Origin: a virus
DNA length: 64,000 nucleotides
Virus record (IMG/VR): IMGVR_UViG_3300028274_000008
Location: 2,618-66,617 of that record
Reading direction: 5' to 3' (one strand)
Positions 30,566 to 39,587 of the stretch are shown here, piece by piece (position 1 is the first letter of the stretch; every line of letters starts with the position of its first letter). The notes beneath the pieces are model-generated. The model was given only the letters and a program-made list of their open reading frames with translations. It was not told where the DNA came from and ran no database searches. A program made the position numbers and the translations under genes.

Positions 30566-30620
30566 ATCCTATAGGGCTCACCTCCGGTGAGTTCTGTAGG
30601 ATTATTTCTTATTTTTTTTT
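30566..30620 (+). terminator. Long hairpin plus T-tract after RNAP2; the loop is again CC-TCC-GG
   Basis: ATCCTATAGGGCTCACC-TCC-GGTGAGTTCTGTAGGAT followed by a T-rich run. Confidence 0.65.
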
Positions 30621-30952
30621 AAGAGTGAAGAAATACTTCTTTCCGATATACTAATAGTTCTGAATTTAGCATTTTTGACTATATACAGACTATAACGTAA
30701 CTGCTATATTTTAGTTAAAACTATATTTTAAGTAAAATCCATAAAATAACACTTTTAGACTTTAATAGGAGGTCCAAACATGTCAAAAAAATCACTAATA
30801 GGTTTAATTCCAAGACATATCCACAATGAAAAAAGAATCTGGGAAATTATATTAGCAATAAATCGTTATGCTGCTGTAAGAAAAGTAATTCCAAATGAAT
30901 GGATGGAAGAGTTAAAAGAATTATACCCAAAAGAAGCACAGGAGGATTAATC

Positions 30953-31108
30953 ATGCCAGATAGACAAACCAGTTGTCCAGAATGTGGTGCCAGTATTGAT
31001 GTATTTAATAATAAAGATGGAGATATTTTTCCTTGTTCTGATTGTGGAGAAAGTTTGGAATTAATAAAGAACACTGGAAAAGAACCAGAATTAATCTATA
31101 ATTATTAA
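30953..31108 (+). CDS. Small zinc-ribbon protein resembling LysW
   Basis: GGAGG RBS before ATG 30953; CPECGA...GDIFPCSDCGESLEL. Confidence 0.55.
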   Translation: MPDRQTSCPECGASIDVFNNKDGDIFPCSDCGESLELIKNTGKEPELIYNY

Positions 31109-31123
31109 CAGGAGTAATGAGCC

Positions 31124-33062
31124 ATGGGTATGAAGATAAACAGTAAAGAGGCGGTTAAATTTATAATTGCTGCCATGAAAGCAAATCTTGTTACCATGAT
31201 ATCTGGTTCCCCGGGTATTGGTAAAAGCGCTATTGTACAACAAATTGCTGATCAATATAATCTTGAACTAATTGATGTAAGATTAAGCCAATGTGATCCA
31301 ACAGACCTTAAGTTACAAAGGGCTTCATAAGAGTAATCTTATGTCGAAAACTATCTAAACGGTGAAACACCTTGACTAATGGAAACCCTTAGCATATAGT
31401 GGGGTAACTATTAATTTTAAAGCGAGGTCAATACCGTGCTAAATACTAATAATGTAAAAGAAGTTTGGGTACCAATTTTAGATTTTGAAAAGAGATACGA
31501 AATATCTAATTTAGGTAATGTAAGATCCATACAAGACAATCATCATAATTATCGTATTAAAAATATAACAAATTACTTAAGATCTAGAACTTGTAAATAT
31601 TTATATGTTCAATTATGGAGAAAAGACAAACCAGTAACTAAAGCAATTCATAGATTAGTTGCCATTGCATTTGTTCCTAATCCCCACAATAAACCACAAG
31701 TAAATCATAAAGATGGGGTTAAAATAAATAATACTGTAGATCTAAATGATTTATTAGGACCGGGAACAAATATTGAATGGGCTACTTGCTCAGAAAATCA
31801 TAAACATGCTTGGGCTACTGGACTAAAAGATCGAGATAAACACACAAAAAGAATGATTGGAACTAAATTTAATGCTGCGTCAAATTACAAAAATGTATCT
31901 TGGGATAGCTCAAGAAACAGATGGATTGGCGGCGTTAAACATAAAGGAAAAGTCATTAAAAACAAACGCTTCAAAACAGAAATAGAAGCAGCTTTGCATG
32001 TTAACTGGATCATAGATACCTATGGATTAGATAGACCCAAAAACATTATTAGTTAAATTGCGTAACGACCATCCCGCAAGGGAGTACACTCAAGTGAGTG
32101 GAAACGGTAGTCGTCCTACTTATAATAGTAGGATGTTGATATGGTCTATTCTGCATGGTAACATGCAGCAGTTCATAAGAGAACGGATAAAGATTAACGA
32201 ACTTTATCGAATATTAAGTTTGGGCTTTCCTTTTATTAGTGAAGACCGGAAGAAAGCATCTTATGTACCTATGGATATATTTCCATTGGAGAATACTCCG
32301 ATACCCAAAGGCAAAGTAGGTTTTCTTTTATTCTTGGATGAGATCAATGCATCCTCATTAGCAGTGCAGGCAGCGAGTTACAAGCTGATACTGGATGAGA
32401 AGGTAGGACAGCATCACTTGCATCCAATGACCAAGATGGTGGCTGCTGGTAACCTTGCTACGGATAAGGCCATTGTGAACCGACAAAGCACTGCAATGCA
32501 GTCCAGACTGGTTCATCTTGAACTGGTAACAGATCCGGAACTATGGCAGGAGTGGGCAGCTAAAGAAGGTATTGATCATCGTATCATTGCTTATATCAAC
32601 AGTAAGCCAGATGATCTTTATAATTTTAACCCAGAGCATAATGACCATACATTTGCTTGTCCTCGTACCTGGGATTTCCTTTCAAAGATTATTGGTAGCA
32701 TTGAAACTAAACAATTGCATACATATTTACCTTTGATTGCTGGTACTGTTAGTGAAGCCATTGCTCGATCATTTGTAATGTTCACTAAAATCTACACCAG
32801 TATGCCTGATTTCCAAGAAATAATGGCCAGACCAGAATTAGCTCGTTTGGACAATGACCCATCTTTTAGATTTGGTGTATCCCATATGATTGCTGCTTAT
32901 ACTAAAGCAGATAATATTTCTACTTTAATGACATACATTGAACGCTTACCCCTTGAGTTCCAAACAATTACCCTTCAGAATATTATGCGTAGAGATCCAG
33001 AAATGATCAAAGAAGATTGTGTTAAGAGGTGGATCTCAGTTAAAGGCCAACAGTTATTTTAA
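31124..33062 (+). CDS. AAA+ ATPase (N4 gp24-like), spliced: exons 31124-31308 and 32219-33062, 342 aa
   Basis: Walker A GSPGIGKS in exon 1; Walker B LFLDE, AAGN and CPRTW in exon 2; joining restores DVRLSQCDPTDLLGFP. Confidence 0.85.
31309..32218 (+). mobile_element. Group I intron carrying a homing endonuclease
   Basis: 5' exon ends in U, intron ends in G; IGS CAAAGGG can pair with both exon ends; core elements AACGGTGAAAC, AATACCGTG, GTAACGACCAT and GATATGGTCTA. Confidence 0.85.
31436..32056 (+). CDS. Intron-encoded NUMOD4-HNH-AP2 homing endonuclease
   Basis: EVW.PI..FE.RYEISNLGNVRS, HRLVA.AF...VNHKDG.K.NN...EW.T.SEN and a C-terminal AP2-like domain. Confidence 0.88.
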   Translation: MLNTNNVKEVWVPILDFEKRYEISNLGNVRSIQDNHHNYRIKNITNYLRSRTCKYLYVQLWRKDKPVTKAIHRLVAIAFVPNPHNKPQVNHKDGVKINNTVDLNDLLGPGTNIEWATCSENHKHAWATGLKDRDKHTKRMIGTKFNAASNYKNVSWDSSRNRWIGGVKHKGKVIKNKRFKTEIEAALHVNWIIDTYGLDRPKNIIS

Positions 33063-33468
33063 GGAGTAACCAATGAAAAGACATATTGCTTTTATCGTAT
33101 ACCATGTAGAGCCCTGTAAAATGGGTGATAATCACAGAGTAGTGTTAGAGTTCGTAAATGAATTAGATGCTATAGAATTTTTAAATACTTGGTATCAAAA
33201 ATATGACTTTAATTTTACTTGTTTAGTTTTAATGAAAGTTTTAAGGTGATCCAATGAATATTTACCCTAATATTAAACAAATAACCTTATCCAGAATTAT
33301 CATAGCTAAAGAAACAGCAAAATTAATTGTTAAAGCTGGTGGTAATCTATGGGGAAACCATTCTAAATATCCTACAGAAGATTGGAAAGATGAGGTTATG
33401 GGCGGTAACACTCATCAAGGTTACTGGGAATGGGTATTCAGCCAAATTGAGGCAGAGGAGAATGACTA

Positions 33469-34623
33469 ATGAGTAAGAAACCAGAAAACCTAGCCTTAGA
33501 AAAAGCTAAGATCCAATTAATGATGATGCCAAATACTGTATTTATTACTACTATTTTATTCTCATTAGTCCAGGAATGGAAAGATGATATTGAGACCGCT
33601 CAAACCAATGGTACCTTCTTGTATATCAACCCTAAATGGTTTTTAAGTTTAGATGAGAAAGAAAGAGTAGGATTGCTGGCTCATGAAGTAAATCATGTTG
33701 CTTTCAGTCATATGACTCGTAGGGGCCCTAGAGACCCTGGAATATGGAATGGAGCTGGTGACCAGGTTATTAACCTTGAATTGACAGGTGCTGGTTATAC
33801 AATACCTAAAGGTGGTTTATGTGACAGGCAATATCAAAACATGAATACTGAACTGGTATATGATAAATTATTTGAAGAAGCAGAACAGAATCCTGGTGGT
33901 ATGTTTGGAGCCAATGGTTCTGGCGTACCTGGAGGACAAGACATATCTTACCCAGAAGACTCTAAAACGCTTGAGGCTACTAAGAAAGCTATTGCTGATA
34001 CAGTATTAAGAGCAGTAGTACAATCCCAAGCTGCAAATGAAGATCCAGGAACCATAGCTGGTGAAATAAATATTCAATTACAAAGTGTTATTAATCCAAA
34101 ATTACCCTGGAATATTATTTTACAGAACCATATGCAAAGTATTCTGAAAGATGATTTCTCCTGGCGGAGACCTAATAAACGGTTCATGCCAGATTATTAT
34201 TTACCTACTGCTTTCAGTGAGGCTATTTGTAATATTGCCGTAGCAGTTGATAGTAGTGGTTCAGTTATGCCAGATGAGTTTAGTTTCTTTATTGTTGAAA
34301 TTGCTACTATTCAAGAATTAATGAAACCAGAGTTAATTACCTTAATTGACTTTGATACTAAAATACGAAGTATCCAGGAAATTACTGAGGGTACTGATTG
34401 CTTCCGCGATCTCAAGTTTACTGGTGGTGGTGGGACTGATGTACTGGATATGCTTAAATGGGCTAAAAAGAATAAACCTGATGTATTGTTAGTATTTACT
34501 GATGGTGAGTTTCATATGCCTAACAAAAAACATTATCCATCCTGCCCAACTATCTGGTTAATTCATGATGATCCCAGATGGAAGAGTGACTTTGGAGAAG
34601 TAGTGCACTACGATATATTTTAA
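33469..34623 (+). CDS. Metallopeptidase plus vWA domain protein (N4 gp25-like)
   Basis: HEVNH zincin motif; DSSGS MIDAS, GGGGT and FTDG motifs; partner of the AAA ATPase. Confidence 0.88.
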   Translation: MSKKPENLALEKAKIQLMMMPNTVFITTILFSLVQEWKDDIETAQTNGTFLYINPKWFLSLDEKERVGLLAHEVNHVAFSHMTRRGPRDPGIWNGAGDQVINLELTGAGYTIPKGGLCDRQYQNMNTELVYDKLFEEAEQNPGGMFGANGSGVPGGQDISYPEDSKTLEATKKAIADTVLRAVVQSQAANEDPGTIAGEINIQLQSVINPKLPWNIILQNHMQSILKDDFSWRRPNKRFMPDYYLPTAFSEAICNIAVAVDSSGSVMPDEFSFFIVEIATIQELMKPELITLIDFDTKIRSIQEITEGTDCFRDLKFTGGGGTDVLDMLKWAKKNKPDVLLVFTDGEFHMPNKKHYPSCPTIWLIHDDPRWKSDFGEVVHYDIF

Positions 34624-34645
34624 TAAACTAATAAGGAGACATAGA

Positions 34646-35515
34646 ATGTCAGAATTAAACGTAAACACAGCCAATATAGCATACATGAATTATTTAATTA
34701 GAACCTATCAGGCAGTTACAAAAGTGATTGCATCCACTAAGAACAGGCTCCAAAGTCTTCCTGGTGACCATCCAGTAAAATTTGATAATATTCTACATGG
34801 AGAAGACAATGGGAAAAATAAAGAAGTTGGTCTTATAACTATCAAAGGGCGTATTGCCCGAATGGTAGGTAATGAACTAATTCATTGGGATATATGGAAT
34901 TTATGGTTAAAAGATATCCCAGGTATTGGTCCTGTTACTGCGGCTGAACTAATTATGCTGTACTACTATAGGTTCATACCTGTCTGCTCTAAATGTAAGA
35001 CCGACATTGAAAAGATAAACGATACTTACTGGTGCAGTAAATGTGAGAAATCTCTTAAAGGTGATGGCCTTTTAAATTACCGAACTGAAGAAAAAGATTT
35101 TGCAAATATCTCTAAATGGTGGGCTTACATGGGTCGTGATATTAGAGATGGTGCCATGAGAAAAAAGAAAAAGGGTGAGCAAATGAACTGGTCAGCAGCA
35201 GGTAGGAAGTTAGGCTTCCTCATCGGTGAATGCTTCAACAAACAACAACCAGATCATTTGTATAAAAAAGTATGGTTGGAAGAGAGAGCCAAATACCATA
35301 AGGTACCAGAAAAGACTCGCTGGACAACAGGCCATATTTATAATGCATCAAAAAATAATACTGTTAAATTGTTTCTGGCTCACTTCTGGACAGTAGCCAG
35401 GACTCTTAGTGGTAAAGATGTAACACTGCCATATGCCATGACAATCATGGGACATACAGGATATGTAGCACCATTTTACTTTGATCCCAAGGTTGCTAAA
35501 GAAATAGCAGCATAA
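34646..35515 (+). CDS. tasA: TIGR-associated Nop-domain protein (TasA-like, no nuclease domain) with a Zn-ribbon insertion
   Basis: N-terminal coiled coil (..KNRL..), IS110 Tnp/Nop-like motifs LKDIPGIGPVTAAELI and FANISKWWAYMG, KLFLAHFW..AR...G....PY; no RuvC or HNH motifs; abuts the 36-nt array. Confidence 0.85.
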   Translation: MSELNVNTANIAYMNYLIRTYQAVTKVIASTKNRLQSLPGDHPVKFDNILHGEDNGKNKEVGLITIKGRIARMVGNELIHWDIWNLWLKDIPGIGPVTAAELIMLYYYRFIPVCSKCKTDIEKINDTYWCSKCEKSLKGDGLLNYRTEEKDFANISKWWAYMGRDIRDGAMRKKKKGEQMNWSAAGRKLGFLIGECFNKQQPDHLYKKVWLEERAKYHKVPEKTRWTTGHIYNASKNNTVKLFLAHFWTVARTLSGKDVTLPYAMTIMGHTGYVAPFYFDPKVAKEIAA

Positions 35516-35519
35516 AATA

Positions 35520-35888
35520 TTAAAGCTACTAACACATTGAAATCTAGGCAAATTATGCGAGTCATAATTGGTTTGAAACCTGTTGTTAAAATACAAACTA
35601 CTCCGGCTATGAAACCTATACTGAGATTGTGAGTTAGAAATATGCTGAAATCTATCTGTGCTGTGCGAGTTACAGGATGATTGAAACCTATTATGTTCAT
35701 GCGAGTTACGATTGACTTGAAATCTATTACCAATATACGAGTTAAAGGAAAAATAAAATCTAAGGATTAAATACGAGTTACCATGCAATTGAAGTCTATG
35801 AACAAACTACGAGCCAAAAATATTCTGAAGTCTAAAATGCGGGTGCGAGCTACTATATGCATGAAATACATAAAGAGTTTGCGTAACA
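35520..35888 (+). repeat. TIGR (tandem interspaced guide RNA) array: 10 units of 36 nt, two alternating 9-nt repeats separated by 9-nt spacers
   Basis: Edge repeats T(G/A)CGAG(T/C)TA-like at 35520+36n (11 copies, terminal ones degenerate); loop repeats TGAA(A/G)(T/C)CTA-like at 35538+36n (10 copies); 20 different 9-nt spacers; no indels in phasing. Confidence 0.93.
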
Positions 35889-35913
35889 TTAATTTTAAAG
35901 GAGAATTCATAAA

Positions 35914-36519
35914 ATGAAAAAGAAAAATCTAAAACAGAAATATGAAAAAAAGACTATTGCACAGATTGAGAAATCAATTAAACTGAACTTTGAAAAGTCC
36001 ATGGGTCTTAAATTAGAAGCAATGTTAGGCTTATATTTCCTAAAAACATCCAAAAGGTATAAAGAAAATCCTCTATATAAAAAGAGCAGCTTTAAGGTTT
36101 ACCTTGAGAGCGTTTACAATATGAGAGAAGGTACATTTGATGATAGTATAAGAGCAGCCTTAAGATTTCCTGATGAAGCCACTAAATATGGAATCGGTCT
36201 TGTAGCCAAAGTTTTTAGAGATTGTGGTTTTAAAAAAGAAAAAATAGTTTTTAAAGAGATTGCTATTAAAGCCAAACAGCTTAAGACTCCAATCAAACGA
36301 GGGCAGATTGACACCATTATTAAAAAATATGCCAAACCATTACCACCGGCCAAACCTGCATATAAAGAATTATATGTCACTGAAAAAGCTGCTCATGATA
36401 ATCTGATTGCCCAATACAACGATCTCATGACAGCTTATAAGTCTGCCCAGGAACAAATTAAGTTTTTAAAAAAATCAATAGCTAAGTGCCATAGTCTATT
36501 AGGCGAGGATGCAGCATAA
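35914..36519 (+). CDS. Basic helical protein directly after the TIGR array; candidate accessory DNA-binding protein
   Basis: 201 aa, Lys-rich, LY...SF..YL...Y.M....F...I.AA helical motif, C-terminal coiled coil; AAGGAG RBS just past the last repeat. Confidence 0.65.
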   Translation: MKKKNLKQKYEKKTIAQIEKSIKLNFEKSMGLKLEAMLGLYFLKTSKRYKENPLYKKSSFKVYLESVYNMREGTFDDSIRAALRFPDEATKYGIGLVAKVFRDCGFKKEKIVFKEIAIKAKQLKTPIKRGQIDTIIKKYAKPLPPAKPAYKELYVTEKAAHDNLIAQYNDLMTAYKSAQEQIKFLKKSIAKCHSLLGEDAA

Positions 36520-36819
36520 TAGATAAAACAGTTTAGCAGGGCACTCCATCGGGGAGAGAGTATATTTTTTAAACGAATGAAATTAACATATCTTTAGTTT
36601 TTACTCATGCCCTGCTAATTTTTTAAGGAGAATATCGTGTTTAAAAAATTATTTAAATCTAAACCTAAATATAAACAATATTTATTTACACCAAAAAAAG
36701 ATATTACTGCGTATGAGCTAGCTATAATATGGATTGCTCATAGAAGTTCAAAAGCTGTAAATAATTTACCTGCTAATTGTTATAGGCATTTAGAGGAAAT
36801 AAAAACTTAGGAGTAACCA

Positions 36820-38091
36820 ATGCCCAATATAACATTGACCCAAGACCAAGATAATGCTCTTAACTCTTTTCTTGATTTTCTTAATCAACCAAAAGAGAAA
36901 TACATGATAATCCAAGGAGCTGCTGGATGTGGTAAGAGTACCCTTATTAAATATCTGATGAGAGCACTGGAAGCTCAATATAAAATGTATGCACTCCTGC
37001 TGCAGACCAATAAAAAACAAAGTAAATTTGAAGTAAGGGTTTCAGCAACAACCAACCAGGCAGTCTCAGTACTTGAAGAATTAACGAACTGTGATGCAAC
37101 TACTATCCATTCTCTTCTTGGTTTAAAAGTTGTTAATAATATTAAAACTGGTAAAACTGAACTTGAACGTAAAAAAGATTATGCCCCTCTTTATAATAAA
37201 TTATTTATAATTGATGAAGCCAGCATGATTGATGATAACTTATTAAAAGAAATTGATGCTACAGCTAAAAACTCTAAAATAGTTTTAATTGGAGATGAAT
37301 GGCAACTTGCTCCAGTAGGACAAAAGATTGCAACCATGTCCACTCTTAATTTCAGAAAAGTTAAAATGAATAAGATTTTAAGAAATAGTGGTGCCATCAT
37401 GCAGACGGGTGCACAATTCCGAGAGACAGCTGAAACAGGCATCTTTAAACCAATTAAACAAGATCCCACTGTTGCCCATGTTACTGGATCCAAGTTTCAA
37501 AGATTAGTAGATGCCGCTTTCATGGATCCAAATTATGTAACCAATTCAATTAAAGTACTGGCTTGGACCAATGCCAGAGTACAGGCCTACAATGCTCATA
37601 TCCGTCAAATCAACGGGTACGCCAAATTACTACAAGCTGGAGAATATGCAATTACTAATAATGCCCTTAATGAAAGAGGTTATTTTTATAAAACAGATAG
37701 TTTTGTTAAAATTACTGATGCAAGCAGTGAACGAGAAAGATTAGGAGTACGCGGACGCAATATTGAAATCAATGGCAAATTAATTGGTTTCATGGCAAAT
37801 GATCCTCATGATGTTAAATTACTTTTAAAATCATTAGCTGCACAGAAAGAATGGACTGATTATTTCAGTGTTAAAGAGACTTGGTTTGACCTCCGACCAG
37901 CATATGCCAGTACAGTGCATAAAGCCCAAGGTAGGTCCTACAATACTGTATTTATTGACCTGGCAGATATAAGTAAATGCAGGGTTGCATCAGACGTTGC
38001 GAGAATGCTATATGTTGCCATCAGTCGCAGTAAACATCAGGTCTATTTATACGGCCAATTACCCCCTAAATATGGAGGTTACAAACCATAA
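36820..38091 (+). CDS. Dda/RecD-like SF1 DNA helicase
   Basis: GAAGCGKS, TIHSLLGL, IIDEASM, IGDEWQLAPV, YASTVHKAQG and YVAISR motifs. Confidence 0.92.
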   Translation: MPNITLTQDQDNALNSFLDFLNQPKEKYMIIQGAAGCGKSTLIKYLMRALEAQYKMYALLLQTNKKQSKFEVRVSATTNQAVSVLEELTNCDATTIHSLLGLKVVNNIKTGKTELERKKDYAPLYNKLFIIDEASMIDDNLLKEIDATAKNSKIVLIGDEWQLAPVGQKIATMSTLNFRKVKMNKILRNSGAIMQTGAQFRETAETGIFKPIKQDPTVAHVTGSKFQRLVDAAFMDPNYVTNSIKVLAWTNARVQAYNAHIRQINGYAKLLQAGEYAITNNALNERGYFYKTDSFVKITDASSERERLGVRGRNIEINGKLIGFMANDPHDVKLLLKSLAAQKEWTDYFSVKETWFDLRPAYASTVHKAQGRSYNTVFIDLADISKCRVASDVARMLYVAISRSKHQVYLYGQLPPKYGGYKP

Positions 38092-38102
38092 GGAGTTGAA
38101 CC

Positions 38103-38636
38103 ATGGATATGAATCCAATCCAAGCTAGGATGTTAATGATTAGACAGTTACAAAATAACATGCTTGCTTACTTATATTCCGCTCAGGAAAAGTCAGAAGT
38201 TAAACAACTCTGTAAAATAGCAATTGAAAACCAACTGTTATTAAAGTGTGATACAGCTTCTTTTACTTTTAATGGTCGAATGCATGGATCAATTGATTCT
38301 GCAGTACCAACCAATAAAATAAACAAAGAACTACACCCTTCTTTATTAAAACAAGTATCTGACATATTAAGTAAACATACTTTTGATGCTACTGCTATTA
38401 AAACCCACATCAGTCATATGTTTTCCACTGTTTTAATGAAAGCCAAGCATGTTAATGATTTAAAGCGCCTATTACCTAATGCTTTTTTAACTCAAATTCG
38501 AGCAGTAGATCCAGATATATTTAATACTGGTGATCCACTTTCGGATCAAGAGATTGCTAGTATTCAAAAACACTCAGCAAAAAGTATCGCTTATATTAAT
38601 GAGTTATGTTTAACTCGTTTATTATTAACCAAATAA
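38103..38636 (+). CDS. Conserved hypothetical protein following the helicase in N4-like phages
   Basis: 177 aa, LHPSL and DL.RLLP motifs; synteny. Confidence 0.55.
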   Translation: MDMNPIQARMLMIRQLQNNMLAYLYSAQEKSEVKQLCKIAIENQLLLKCDTASFTFNGRMHGSIDSAVPTNKINKELHPSLLKQVSDILSKHTFDATAIKTHISHMFSTVLMKAKHVNDLKRLLPNAFLTQIRAVDPDIFNTGDPLSDQEIASIQKHSAKSIAYINELCLTRLLLTK

Positions 38637-38648
38637 CTGGAGTCAATC

Positions 38649-39080
38649 ATGAGAAAATTTGAAATTGAACATTTAACCAACAGAATTACACAAGTTATAC
38701 AGTGCACTAAAGGAACCATAAGTACTTTTATTAATGCAAAAAGTAAACCAATAGCTTACACACAGCAAGAACGATTAGAGCTGATCCGAGCAGGTAAAGG
38801 TATTTTAAAATCAAACACAGAATTAAAAGATGGTAATGGTTCTTACGCATCGGATTCAATGGCAGTACTTATTCGTTGTTACGAGTTTCCGGAAACTGCT
38901 ACACAAAAAGCAAATAAAGCTTTTAATAAAAGACTAGTAGCAAAAAAAGATGATATATGGGCTGCTATTGATACAGTTAGTAAACGTCTTTTGGATAATG
39001 CGGTATTAGGATTAATCCCTATTGAATCTCTTCCTCATGAGTTGGAAAAACTCAACGAAATGAGTGAATTAATTAAATAA
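38649..39080 (+). CDS. Hypothetical protein
   Basis: 143 aa with GGAG RBS. Confidence 0.55.
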   Translation: MRKFEIEHLTNRITQVIQCTKGTISTFINAKSKPIAYTQQERLELIRAGKGILKSNTELKDGNGSYASDSMAVLIRCYEFPETATQKANKAFNKRLVAKKDDIWAAIDTVSKRLLDNAVLGLIPIESLPHELEKLNEMSELIK

Positions 39081-39587
39081 TTAATCACGCCTGTCTCAAG
39101 TATATATAATCCATAAGGAGTCAATGCAGTGAGGGCCTATACCATTGGATATACTTAAGGCTTTACCACCGAGACAGGCCACAACTTTAAACAGGAGTAG
39201 CTATGAAAGATCCTATAGAAATAACTGTAGAAATTTTAACAGAAACAGATGCCGCTTACAGGGTAACTGATACTGATGATCTTGACAGCAATATTTGGGT
39301 ACCTAAATCTCAAATTGAACTATTACACCCAGCTGGTGTAGGGGATATAGTTACAATTGAAATGCCAGAATGGTTAGCTTTAGATAAAGGTTTTATTTAA
39401 TATGAATGGTTATATGTGTTTTTATAAAAAGAAACAAACTGAAATATACGCAAATACGACTTTAGAGGCTCAGGAAAAAGCTGCTAAGTTTTTTAAAGCT
39501 AAAAAATCCTGGGAAGTGACAGTTGTTCTTGCAGAGAAAAATGGAAAACAAATAACCCATACTGCAGATTTTTAAACAGGAGTAACT

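Noticed and set aside
32058-32218. N-terminal extension of ORF 32058-33062 (and the start of ORF 51825)
   Set aside because: These are read-throughs of intron 3' sequence, not real starts
34646-35515. IS110 transposase / insertion sequence
   Set aside because: Has Tnp-like motifs but no N-terminal DEDD RuvC domain and no evident catalytic serine loop
35601-35609. Spacer ctccggcta matches the promoter motif at 25048-25056 (self-targeting)
   Set aside because: The partner spacer does not match the adjacent sequence; single 9-nt hits are expected by chance among 20 spacers in 64 kb. I could not scan all pairs exhaustively by eye
35348-35788. Minus-strand ORFs 35348-35788 and 35476-35733 as repeat proteins
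   Set aside because: Their 12-aa periodicity (RFQ, IDF/IGF) is a by-product of the 36-nt array; antisense to the operon and overlapping the Tas gene
35520-35888. CRISPR array
   Set aside because: Repeats are two alternating 9-mers with 9-nt spacers, far shorter than CRISPR units, and no cas genes are present; the layout fits TIGR
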